From an uncultured Acidobacteriaceae bacterium (lineage in GTDB: Bacteria; Acidobacteriota; Terriglobia; Terriglobales; Acidobacteriaceae): a DNA stretch of 64,000 bases. Below the pieces are notes generated by a model, which was not told the DNA's origin, made no database searches, and saw only the letters and a program-made list of their open reading frames with translations. How positions within the stretch are numbered: position 1 is the stretch's first letter; each line of letters starts with the position of its first letter. The stretch lies in NCBI GenBank assembly GCA_963782175.1, contig CAWAIX010000010.1:154399-218398 (forward strand), given 5' to 3'. A program made the position numbers and the translations under genes. Positions 48,919 through 58,017 of this stretch are shown here, one piece after another.

Positions 48919-50613
48919 ATGGACTCGTCCAAGTCTCCTTTCGATGATCCCGATCTTCACCGCAAGAGCGAATCCGCCGCCAGCGACCCCTCCAGTGCAA
49001 CCGCAATCTTCGGAACAGTCTCGCCGAAGCCGGCGCAGCCCGAAGACGACATCCTGAAGTCGCTCCTCGCAAATCAAAGCGCTCCATCGGCGACTCCGTC
49101 CGAGCCGCCTTGGAGCCCGGTAACGACGCCTTCTACTGCCCAAGCGCCCGCTCCACCCCAATTGTCTGCCTCTCCTAATCCGACCAGTCCTGGCGGCTTC
49201 ACTCAGATGTTCCAGGCCCTCCAGAATCCTGCCGAACCCGCGTCGCCTTCTGCGCCTTCATCTGCGCCCGCGCCCCTCAACCCCCCGCCCAACCCTCCGA
49301 CTGACCTGTCAGCTGTCTTCACGCAGGTTGTGGTCGAGAAGACGGCCTTTTCGCCGCCGCCCGCTCCCGTTGCGGCCGGGGCTGGCGAGTTCACGCAGCT
49401 TTTGCAGACGCTCAACACTTCGCCCCAGACTCCCGGGACGCAGCCCGCTCCGCCTCAAACGGCGACACCAGCCTCGCCGCCTGCATCCGCGCCCGGCGCA
49501 TTCACGCAGTTATTCAGCTCGGTTTCAGCACCGGCGCCACCCTCTCCCGCCCCACCCCCTCCGGCTCCGGCCTCTGCGGTCGTAGACTCGCAGCCGACGG
49601 CCGCGGTTCCGATGCCTAAGTCCCCCGCCTTTGCGCCGCCCCCAGCCACCAGGCCAGAGCAGGGGCCGCCTGGCGACTTCACCCGCGTGTTTCAGTCGCT
49701 CACATCGGCAAAGGAAGCGCCTCCGCCTGCACCCGCACCTGCGTTTTCGCCGCCGCAACCGGCGTCAGCGCCGGCATCGGGCCCGGGAGCCTTCACGCAG
49801 ATGTTCGCCGCGAAGCCGCTGGAGAGCACCCCGGCAGAAGATTCTCTGAAGTCGCTTCGGCCTGAGCCGCCTGCGCCGCCCTCGTCGGGCACCTTTTCGT
49901 TCCATACTCCTCCATCGCGTCCGCCCGAACCCCGCCCGATTGCCCAGGGCGGCTTCACGCAGCTTCTCCAGGCGCTGAACGAGAAGGAAAACCAGGAGGA
50001 GACGCTGGCGCAATCTCCGGAGCCCTTCATGCCTCCGCCTTCCCCATCGCCCGCCGCCCCTAATGCGGGTATGGCCGCGGGCATGGGAGGCTTCACGCAG
50101 CTCTTGCAGACCCTCTCCGCCGACCCTGCCGCGCGCCCCGCAGCCCAGCCGTCTCCGATGCCGCCCGCAGCCTCGCCGCCGGCAACTTCCTCGCCTGCAA
50201 CTTACCCGACGTCCGGCGCTCCCGGCGAGTTCACCCGCGTCATACAGGGCGATCAGTTTCGCGCACTGCATGGCCAAAACGCCGCAGCCGGACAGGTTGC
50301 GCCGGGACCTCCCGTTCTTCCTCCGCAACAGGCCGCGGCGCCGCGGCAGCCCCTGCAATTTCCGTCAGCTCCCGCGTTTTCTCCCGCGCCCGCAATGCCA
50401 CAGATCCCTGTCGCTCATCCTCCAGCGGCCGCTCCGCCGCCTGCGATGCCGCATTACCAACCGCCTGCGTTCCAGTTCCCGCCTGCGCCCGCGCCGCCCG
50501 CACCGCCTCCATCCAGCAAGCTGCAGCAATATCTGCCGCTCATTCTGGTGCTGAACATCTTCGTGCTGCTGGTAATTGTGGTGATCCTCATCTTTGTCTT
50601 AAGGCACCACTAA
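48919..50613 (+). CDS. Tail-anchored proline-rich protein with 9-11 G-x-F-T-[QR]-h-h-Q repeats (unknown function, T6SS-embedded)
   Basis: 564 aa, no signal peptide. Clear motif copies: GGFTQMFQAL, AVFTQVVV, GEFTQLLQTL, GAFTQLFSS, GDFTRVFQSL, GAFTQMFAA, GGFTQLLQAL, GGFTQLLQTL, GEFTRVIQG. Two degenerate copies: TAIFGTV, GTFSFHT. Pro/Ala/Ser linkers between them. C-terminal TM LPLILVLNIFVLLVIVVILIFVL followed only by RHH. Confidence 0.8.
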   Translation: MDSSKSPFDDPDLHRKSESAASDPSSATAIFGTVSPKPAQPEDDILKSLLANQSAPSATPSEPPWSPVTTPSTAQAPAPPQLSASPNPTSPGGFTQMFQALQNPAEPASPSAPSSAPAPLNPPPNPPTDLSAVFTQVVVEKTAFSPPPAPVAAGAGEFTQLLQTLNTSPQTPGTQPAPPQTATPASPPASAPGAFTQLFSSVSAPAPPSPAPPPPAPASAVVDSQPTAAVPMPKSPAFAPPPATRPEQGPPGDFTRVFQSLTSAKEAPPPAPAPAFSPPQPASAPASGPGAFTQMFAAKPLESTPAEDSLKSLRPEPPAPPSSGTFSFHTPPSRPPEPRPIAQGGFTQLLQALNEKENQEETLAQSPEPFMPPPSPSPAAPNAGMAAGMGGFTQLLQTLSADPAARPAAQPSPMPPAASPPATSSPATYPTSGAPGEFTRVIQGDQFRALHGQNAAAGQVAPGPPVLPPQQAAAPRQPLQFPSAPAFSPAPAMPQIPVAHPPAAAPPPAMPHYQPPAFQFPPAPAPPAPPPSSKLQQYLPLILVLNIFVLLVIVVILIFVLRHH

Positions 50614-50620
50614 GGCGCGG

Positions 50621-51976
50621 TTATTCCGGGTTTGCGAACAGAATGATCAGCTCCATCTCGGGATTTGGGATCTCTCCCGGCACATAGACTCCGAAGTTGC
50701 GCGAGCGCAGAATGGACTCCCACACCGGACCCGAGTGCTCCAGGCTGAAGTACTGGTAGCGCAGCTTCACCGGGATGGCCCGCGGGGGCACCGGAACGTG
50801 CAGCATCTTCAGCCCGGGCAATGCTCTCGTTATCAATTGCTCGATATGCGTCGCCGAGCAGGCCTTGGTGAGGACCGGAGTCTTGCTGATCAGATCGGCT
50901 TCACGCAGATCCGACGAGATCGCCAAGTAGAAGCGTGAGTTCTCGAAGTACTTATCCTTCTCGATCGCAGTCGCGTAAATATTCTCCCGCAGTAGCTTGA
51001 GCGGCAGCGCGACAAAGTTGCTCGGCACAACTGTCTCGAGCAGCTCGGCAATAATTGCGTCGAGCGCGAGAAAGCACGGGCCGAGCTTTTCGTGTTCGTA
51101 CTCAGGCAGGTCGCGCGGCTCGATCTTTGGAGAAAACGTCGTCAACGCGCCGGCCAGCCTGAGCATTTCCAGGAAAAGCGCCTCCGGATGAACCCGGCTG
51201 CTCTGCAGCATGTGCCGCAGCACCGGCAGGTGCGAGTTGATCGTGTACAGGAGCCAGAAGTTCGCCACGTCCGATGCGCTGAAGTCGGCCAGCGATTGGT
51301 TGCGTTGCCGCCGCGTAGCGGCAAGCTGCCCGCTTCTGCCAACGAGAGTCTCGATCAGGCCGCGCAGGATGCCCGTCAGCAGCTCATTTCCCTTCAGGTT
51401 CAGCATCGGCGGCACATACTTCGTGTCCAGCCGATAGCCGCCGGCCTCCGTGCGCTCGATCTCCGCCAAAGGCAGCAGCACCGACCCCTCGAGGTTCTCG
51501 CCCTCGGCCAGAATCTGCAGGTTCTTGCGCGCCAGCGACACCGGCTTCTCGATGCCGGTGCTGTTTTCGTCGCGCAGCATCTGCAGCTCGGAATAAAAGC
51601 GGGTATTGATTCCCGTGCGCTGCAGTCCGATATTGATCCCGCCCGGCCGGTCCTGCGGAATCGCGAGGAAGAAGGCGCAGCGGTTACTCCCTGCTGGAAA
51701 GCACTCCTCCAGGGTCCGCGAGCGCGGTGGCGCGTCTGAGGCCGGCATGTCGAGCATCAGGCCGTCCGGAAACACGCCTGACGCCTGGCTCAGGTTCAGT
51801 TGGCCTTCGCTCAGCGCTGTCCCATCAATCTGTAATGACGAAAAGCCCCAGTTGCGGAAGGCAAGCGCATCGGCGAGAAAGCGCAGGCTCTCCTCGAAGA
51901 AGCGGTCCTGCGCCTGCAGGTGCTGCGGAGATAAAAAGACACCCTTCGACCAGACAACGGGTTGCAACTGTCGCAT
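50621..51976 (-). CDS. tssK: T6SS baseplate protein TssK, paralogue 1 (stand-alone, divergent from tssB)
   Basis: MRQLQPVVWSKGVFLSPQHLQAQDRFFE..., ASGVFPDGLMLDMP. 451 aa, colinear with paralogue 2 but strongly diverged. Confidence 0.88.
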   Translation of the reverse strand: MRQLQPVVWSKGVFLSPQHLQAQDRFFEESLRFLADALAFRNWGFSSLQIDGTALSEGQLNLSQASGVFPDGLMLDMPASDAPPRSRTLEECFPAGSNRCAFFLAIPQDRPGGINIGLQRTGINTRFYSELQMLRDENSTGIEKPVSLARKNLQILAEGENLEGSVLLPLAEIERTEAGGYRLDTKYVPPMLNLKGNELLTGILRGLIETLVGRSGQLAATRRQRNQSLADFSASDVANFWLLYTINSHLPVLRHMLQSSRVHPEALFLEMLRLAGALTTFSPKIEPRDLPEYEHEKLGPCFLALDAIIAELLETVVPSNFVALPLKLLRENIYATAIEKDKYFENSRFYLAISSDLREADLISKTPVLTKACSATHIEQLITRALPGLKMLHVPVPPRAIPVKLRYQYFSLEHSGPVWESILRSRNFGVYVPGEIPNPEMELIILFANPE

Positions 51977-52184
51977 TCGGCCGGTTACCTATCGGGTTTT
52001 GAGTATACCGTGGCGATTTGGCTCGCCGTCTTTCCTTGCGGCCGGACGGGCGGATCGGAAAGGCTGCGTCACCGCGGCCGCGTTCGGCTGCCCTTCCCGA
52101 ATTGGCTCCAAAATGACCTGGTGTGGGCCGCTGAATAGCTGCTGCGTTTAGGCCCGCTGAACATCCCGGTCGTAACGCGCGCGG

Positions 52185-52213
52185 CTTGACACGCACTATA
52201 GCTGAGTTAATAA
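52185..52213 (+). promoter_or_regulatory. Candidate sigma-70-type promoter for the tssB operon
   Basis: ttgaca (52185-52190), a 17-nt spacer, aataat (52208-52213). About 170 nt upstream of the tssB ATG. Confidence 0.35.
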
Positions 52214-52384
52214 TTGGGCCGCTCTCATTGCCCGGTTTTGAGCAGCCTCGTAATACACAGCGGTCAAATAACGCATTCATAAAGAAGGGCACAAAGAGGC
52301 TGGGAACCCACCCCCTTTAGATCGTGTCGTTGAATCGAACCCCACGCGGACGGATTTCCGCACCGCCATTCGAGGACAAACACT

Positions 52385-52909
52385 ATGGCTAGAGAAAGTA
52401 CGCAGCATAAACTGGATCGCGTCCGTTCGCCGCGCGTGCACATCACCTACGATGTTGAAATCGGCGACGCCATCGAACTCAAGGAACTGCCGTTCGTCAT
52501 GGGTGTCCTCGGAGACCTGACCGGCCAGCCCGAGCAGCCTCTGGCCGCCCTCAAGGACCGCAAATTCGTCGAGATCAATCCCGACAATTTCGACACTGTC
52601 CTCAAAGGCATGCAGCCTCACCTGGCTTTCTCTGTGCCGAACCGCCTGACCGACGACCCCAGTGCCGGTCAGATTGGCGTAAACCTCCGCTTCGAGAGCC
52701 TCGATGACTTTTCACCGGAGAACGTCGCCAAGCAGGTCGCCCCATTGAAAGAGCTCTTCGATCTGCGCACGCGCCTCTCGGATCTTCGCGGCAGCCTCCA
52801 GGGCAACGACAAGCTCGATGAGGCCCTGTTCGACGCGGTTTCCAACACCGAGTCGCGCGAGAAGCTTCGCTCCGAACTCGGGACCGGCAAAGACGGAGGT
52901 GGGCAATGA
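52385..52909 (+). CDS. tssB: T6SS contractile sheath small subunit TssB (VipA)
   Basis: STQHKLDRVRSPRVHITYDVEIGDAIELKELPFVMGVLGDLTG. Confidence 0.93.
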   Translation: MARESTQHKLDRVRSPRVHITYDVEIGDAIELKELPFVMGVLGDLTGQPEQPLAALKDRKFVEINPDNFDTVLKGMQPHLAFSVPNRLTDDPSAGQIGVNLRFESLDDFSPENVAKQVAPLKELFDLRTRLSDLRGSLQGNDKLDEALFDAVSNTESREKLRSELGTGKDGGGQ

Positions 52910-54399
52910 GCACGACCAAAGCACCGGCTGCGGCAGCGAGCGCATCCGTTGAACAGGTATCCGAGCAGAGTCTGCTGGATCAGATTGTCTCTCAGGGCCG
53001 CTTCAATCGCGACGCTGCAACTCTGGAGCGCGGCCGCGACATGGTCAAGGAGTTCGTCAACCAGGTCCTCGATGGCCAGATGACCCTGTCCCGCGACGCC
53101 GAAGCCACCATTCAGGCTCGCATCGCGCAGATCGATCGGCTCATCTCGCTCCAGTTGAACGAAATCCTGCACTATCCAGCCTTTCAGAAGCTCGAATCAA
53201 CCTGGCGCGGTATCAAGTACCTGATCGATCAGTCCGAAACCAGCGACATGCTCAAGATCAAGGTCCTGAACGTCTCGAAGCGCGAGTTGCTGAGAGATCT
53301 GCAGCGGGCTTCCGAATTCGATCAGAGCGCACTGTTCAAAAAGGTCTATGAAGAAGAGTTCGGCATCTTCGGCGGAGCGCCTTTTGCCGCGCTTGTCGGT
53401 GATTACGAATTCGGCCGCGGTCCCGAAGATGTAGAACTGCTGGAGCGGGTGTCTCAGGTTGCTGCGGCAGCCCACGCGCCCTTCCTGTCGGCGGCGTCAT
53501 CTGACCTGCTTAACCTCACCAGCTACACCCAGCTCGGCTCACCGCGCGACGTCGGTAAAATCTTCGACTCGACCGAATACGCCAAGTGGAAGTCCTTCCG
53601 CCAGTCGGAGGATTCTCGTTACGTCGCTCTTACGCTGCCACACATCCTCATGCGCCTGCCCTACGGCAAAGATACAAAGCAGGTCGACGCCTTCGACTAC
53701 GAAGAAGCTGTCGATGGCAGCGATCACTCGAAATACCTCTGGGGCAACGCCTCTTATGGTCTGGCCGCGCGCCTGACAAATTCGTTTGCAAGGTACGGCT
53801 GGTGTGCTGCCATCCGCGGAGTTGAGGGCGGCGGCCTTGTCGAAGGCCTGCCCGCTCACACCTTCCGCACCGACGAGGGCGACATCGCGCTCAAATGCCC
53901 GACCGAAGTCGCCATCACCGACCGCCGCGAAAAGGAGCTCGCCGACCAGGGCCTCGTGCCTCTGGTGCACTGCAAGGGAACCGACTACGCGGCCTTCTTC
54001 AGCGTTCAGACCGCCAACAAGCCCAAGCTCTATGACAAGGAAGCGGCTAACGCCAACGCCCGCCTTTCGGCTCAACTGCCTTACATCCTTGCCATGTCTC
54101 GCTTCGCCCATTACCTCAAGGCGATGATGCGCGATAAGATCGGCAGCTTCATGAGCCGCCAGGACTGCGAAAAGTTTCTTAACCAGTGGATCAGCAATTA
54201 CGTTTGTGCGGACGACAACGCCTCCCAGGCCGCCAAGGCGAAACTGCCTTTGCGGGAGGCTGCGATCCAGGTGTCCGAAGTACCCGGCAAGCCTGGCGCT
54301 TACCGCGCGGTCGCGTTTCTGAAGCCGCATTTCCAACTCGACGAGCTCTCTGTTTCGCTTCGTCTGGTGGCCGATTTGCCGGCGTCGGCGCGGAAGTAG
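52906..54399 (+). CDS. tssC: T6SS contractile sheath large subunit TssC (VipB)
   Basis: 497 aa. ILHYPAFQKLESTWRGIKYL, EEFGIFGGAPF, LTLPHILMRLPYG. ATGA overlap with tssB. Confidence 0.93.
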   Translation: MSTTKAPAAAASASVEQVSEQSLLDQIVSQGRFNRDAATLERGRDMVKEFVNQVLDGQMTLSRDAEATIQARIAQIDRLISLQLNEILHYPAFQKLESTWRGIKYLIDQSETSDMLKIKVLNVSKRELLRDLQRASEFDQSALFKKVYEEEFGIFGGAPFAALVGDYEFGRGPEDVELLERVSQVAAAAHAPFLSAASSDLLNLTSYTQLGSPRDVGKIFDSTEYAKWKSFRQSEDSRYVALTLPHILMRLPYGKDTKQVDAFDYEEAVDGSDHSKYLWGNASYGLAARLTNSFARYGWCAAIRGVEGGGLVEGLPAHTFRTDEGDIALKCPTEVAITDRREKELADQGLVPLVHCKGTDYAAFFSVQTANKPKLYDKEAANANARLSAQLPYILAMSRFAHYLKAMMRDKIGSFMSRQDCEKFLNQWISNYVCADDNASQAAKAKLPLREAAIQVSEVPGKPGAYRAVAFLKPHFQLDELSVSLRLVADLPASARK

Positions 54400-54479
54400 C
54401 ATCGCCAAAGCATCGCCGGACGTCCCTGACTACGGCATGAGATACCAGCAGTGCGCTAACCAGTAAGAGAGGAGCCGAC

Positions 54480-54956
54480 ATGGCGGTAGATTATTTCCTG
54501 AAGCTGGATGGAATTGATGGTGAATCTTCGGATGCGAACTTCAAGAATCAGATACAACTTATGAGCTGGAGTTGGGGTGCATCCCAGGTCTCCTCGGTCG
54601 CGGGAACAGGCGGATCCGGCGCGGGCAAGGCCGACCTGAGCGATTTCAGCTTGATGACCTACTTCGATAAGTCAACGCCGAAGTTCTTCAAGTCCATTGG
54701 TCTGGGCACACACATCGCTTCGGGCACACTGAGTGCAGTCAAATCCGGCGCGCAAGGCAAGCCCTACCTGAAGGTCGACTTTGCCGAGATCTTTGTCACC
54801 AGCCTACAGATGTCGGGATCGAGCGAAGTTCCCACCGTGAGCATTTCATTTACATACAACGAAATCAAGATCGACTACTCGGTGCAGGACGAGAAAGGCA
54901 ATCTCAAGAGTACGGGCCCGATCACTTACAACACGAAAGAAAACAAGCTCACGTAA
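54480..54956 (+). CDS. hcp: T6SS tube protein Hcp (TssD)
   Basis: MAVDYFLKLDGIDGESSDANFKNQIQLMSWSWGASQ. 158 aa. Confidence 0.93.
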   Translation: MAVDYFLKLDGIDGESSDANFKNQIQLMSWSWGASQVSSVAGTGGSGAGKADLSDFSLMTYFDKSTPKFFKSIGLGTHIASGTLSAVKSGAQGKPYLKVDFAEIFVTSLQMSGSSEVPTVSISFTYNEIKIDYSVQDEKGNLKSTGPITYNTKENKLT

Positions 54957-54967
54957 GGGCGACCCTC

Positions 54968-55696
54968 ATGGACGCGCTTTCGCTCTATCGTGCCGGCCAG
55001 CTCAAGCCGGCAATCGACGCGCTTGGTGACGAGTTGAAGAAGCAGCCACTCGACACCAGGCGCCGTACTTTTTTGTTCGAGCTGCTTTGTTTCGCCGGCG
55101 ACTACGATCGCGCTGCCAAGCAGCTTGACGTACTCTCCGACTCCAGCAAGGAAGCCGCTGCCGGGGCCATGCTCTATCGTGCCGCCCTGCATGCCGAGAG
55201 AACCCGGCAGGAAATGTTCGCCAGGGACGAACTTCCGCTGGGCACTGTCCATCCATCGCCTTCCGGCCAATGGAATGGCGCCGATTTCGCAGAGTTCTCC
55301 GATGCCGACCCGCGCATCGGCGCGCATCTCGAAGCATTCATCGCCGGAAGTTACACCTGGATTCCGTTCGCGTATGTGGAGTCCATCGAGGTTGAAGCCC
55401 CGAAGCGCCTGCGCGACCTTCTCTGGATGCCTGCCATCCTGCACACCACCTCCGATTTCCGCCTGCAGGATCTCGGCGAGGTTCTCCTGCCGATGATTTC
55501 ACCGCTTTCCTGGAAGCATTCCGACGATGCGGTCCGTCTTGGTCGCGCCACCGTCTGGGAAGACGATCCGAAATACGGACAGATACCGCTCGGACAGAAA
55601 ATCTTGCTGTGCGGCGACGAAGAGGAGCCATTTCTGCAGCTACGCCACCTGACTTTCCACCACGCCGGGGAGACGGCCGAAAGTGCCACTTCGTGA
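54968..55696 (+). CDS. tagJ: T6SS accessory protein TagJ (ImpE family)
   Basis: Position after hcp as in the H1-T6SS. N-terminal TPR-like LYRAGQLKPAIDALGDELKKQPLDTRRRTFLFELLCFAGDYDRA. ImpE-type C-terminal half. Confidence 0.75.
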   Translation: MDALSLYRAGQLKPAIDALGDELKKQPLDTRRRTFLFELLCFAGDYDRAAKQLDVLSDSSKEAAAGAMLYRAALHAERTRQEMFARDELPLGTVHPSPSGQWNGADFAEFSDADPRIGAHLEAFIAGSYTWIPFAYVESIEVEAPKRLRDLLWMPAILHTTSDFRLQDLGEVLLPMISPLSWKHSDDAVRLGRATVWEDDPKYGQIPLGQKILLCGDEEEPFLQLRHLTFHHAGETAESATS

Positions 55697-57528
55697 TGAC
55701 CTCCTGAATCCGGTATCTGGCGAAAATCCTTCGGGCGTGAGCCTGCGATACGAGCGCATCTGCGATCAGATCAAAGAGGCGCGGACCGAAGAAGACGAAA
55801 ACATCCCCAGCGGTGACTGGCAGCGCCAGGTCAAGCGCGCTGATTTTGCCCTCGTCATCAAGCTCGCTGGTGAAGCTCTCGCGACCAGGAGCAAAGATCT
55901 GCAGCTCGCCGCGTGGCTGACCGAAGCCCACGTCAAGCGCGAAGGAATTCCACTGATTGCGGCTTGCTTCAAGCTCATGCAGGACCTGCAGGAGCAGTTC
56001 TGGGACACGCTCTATCCCGAAATCGAAGACGGAGACGTCGGCATGCGGGCTGTCCCCATCGAATGGGCCGCAAACCGTGTCGCGAACATCCTCCGCGAAT
56101 CATCCGCCATAACTCGCGACGGCCTCAACTACTACCAATACAAGGAATCGCGTGCCGTCGGCTACGAAGCCGACATCGAGTACAACGACGCGAAGCGCGA
56201 AGCGCGCGAACAAGCCATCAAGGACGGCAAAGTCACCGGCGAGGATTTCGACAAGTCTTTCGCGTCCACGCCCAAGTCGTTTTACCTGGGCCTCGAGCAG
56301 GCCATTCAAGTAGCCTCGCAAACCATTGAGAACCTGCAGATCTACTGCGAAGGCAAGTACGGAGACGACGGCCCGGGATTCGGCAAACTGCGGACCTCAC
56401 TCGAAGAGGTCGGCCAGGTCATCACCAGCCTGCTCAACGAAAAGCGCAAGACCGAGCCCGACGAAGTCGCCGAGGCGCCGGTGGAAGAAGAGCCGGAGCC
56501 CGAACCGGAGCCCGTTGCAGAGGTCCAGCAAGAGCCAATCGCCAAAGCCGCTTCAGTGACCAAGCCGCAGAAAGCCGAAATCCGTCTCGGCCGAGCCCAC
56601 CGATTGGGATGACGCGATCGGCCGCATCCAGGCATGCGCGAAATTCCTCCAGAAAGATCGCTCATCCAGTCCCGTCGCCTATCTGCTGCAGGCATCGGTG
56701 CGGCTGGGAGAAATGCGCGAGCAGGGAAGCCCCGCCTCTTACGATTTTCTCGTCTCACCTTCAACCGAAACGCGCCAGAACCTCAAGAAGCTCGCATCCG
56801 AATCCAACTGGGAGGAATTGCTGACTGCCGCAGTCACAGCCGCCGGAGAGCCCTGTGGACGTGCCTGGCTCGATGTCCACCGCTATGTCTGGAGAGCCAG
56901 TTACGAAGCCGGCCACAGCACGGTCGCCGCCGCCGTCATCGCGACCGTTCAGTCTCTCCTGAAGGACATCCCCGAACTCCCCACCTGGACCCTCAACGAC
57001 GACACTCCGACCGCGAATCCCGAAACGCAGCGCTGGCTCGAAGAGATGGTCATCCCCAAACCGCCGGAGCCTGTAGTCATCGTTCAGGAAGCACCTCCGC
57101 CGCCCGAGCCCGTCTATGCTTCGGCTCGCGACAAATCTGAAGAGCCACACGAAGATGCTCCTCCGGACGTGCTCGACATCGCCAGGGACATGATCCGCCG
57201 CGGCCAGCTCTCTCAGGCCATCCAGCTTCTGGTGCGCGATGCCGCCCAGCAGCCCAGCGGACGCGCGCGCTTTCAGCGCCGCCTGCAGGTAGCGCAGCTC
57301 TGCGTAAGCGCCGGACAGAACAAAGTAGCGCACCCCGTCCTCGAAGAACTGGTTAAGGAGATCGATCAGCGCCGGCTCGAAGAGTGGGAGGCCAGCGAAA
57401 TGATTGCGCCGCCCATGGCCTTGCTGCTCAAATGCCTCGATCCGTCGACCAACAACGGAGTCAGGGATGAGCTGTTCGCAAAGCTGTGCCGCATCGATCC
57501 CACCGCGGCGATGGATATTTCTCAATAG
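55683..57528 (+). pseudogene. tssA: T6SS protein TssA (ImpA_N domain plus VasJ-like C-terminal region); frame broken near 56585-56592
   Basis: N-terminal PVSGENPSGVSLRYERICDQIKEAR...SKDLQLAAWLTEA...FWDTLYPE (ImpA_N). ORF 55683-56612 stops shortly after a Pro/Glu linker. The +1 frame is open from about 56575 and continues SAEPTDWDDAIGRIQACAKFLQKDRSSSPVAYLLQASVRLGEMRE... into ORF 56698-57528. Confidence 0.8.
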
Positions 57529-57550
57529 GTATGAAAAGGAGCCCGGAGGT

Positions 57551-58015
57551 TTGGCGCGTTCCACAACAGAAACGCTGGTGACACAATCCGTTCTCGACCG
57601 GTTGATGACCGTCGAGGAATGGCCGGCCACCCGCTCGCAGTCCCTGCGCTACTTCAAAGACGCCCTGAAGCGCGACCTCGAATGGCTGCTCAACACGCGC
57701 CAGCCGCCTATTCCCGAACTTGCCGAGTATCCGCTCGCGCGCAATTCCGTCATCAACTTCGGACTGCCCGACATCACCTCACTCGGCCTCTCCTCGGCCT
57801 CCGACCACGGACGCCTGCGCAAAGCCATCGAGCTCTGCCTGCGCAATTTCGAGCCGCGCCTCATGGATGTGCGCGTGACCCTCGAAGGCGCCGACACCGC
57901 CGACCGTCGCCTTCGCTTTCACATCGAGGGAAGCATGAAGCTCGATCCCGCGCCCGAAGAAATCGCCTTCGACACCGTGCTCGAGCTTTCGAGCGGCGAG
58001 TACAAGGTGAAATAG
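57551..58015 (+). CDS. tssE: T6SS baseplate protein TssE (gp25-like)
   Basis: SVLDRLM...FKDALKRDLEWLLNTRQ...NSVINFGLPD. TTG at 57551 lies 9 nt after AGGAG. Start is approximate. Confidence 0.8.
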   Translation: MARSTTETLVTQSVLDRLMTVEEWPATRSQSLRYFKDALKRDLEWLLNTRQPPIPELAEYPLARNSVINFGLPDITSLGLSSASDHGRLRKAIELCLRNFEPRLMDVRVTLEGADTADRRLRFHIEGSMKLDPAPEEIAFDTVLELSSGEYKVK

Positions 58016-58017
58016 CC

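Noticed and set aside
56560-56620. Programmed ribosomal frameshifting as the explanation for the split tssA, clpV and mdtB genes.
   Set aside because: There is no slippery heptamer or stimulatory structure at any junction. The disruptions occur in unrelated genes at unrelated sequence contexts. Indel errors or recent mutations explain them more simply.
57619-58017. The 133-codon N-terminal extension of the TssF ORF (746 aa as listed).
   Set aside because: The extension overlaps tssE in another frame and is Arg/Pro/Ala-rich nonsense. Conserved TssF sequence begins exactly at the ATG at 58018 (MREELLEYYERELAHL).
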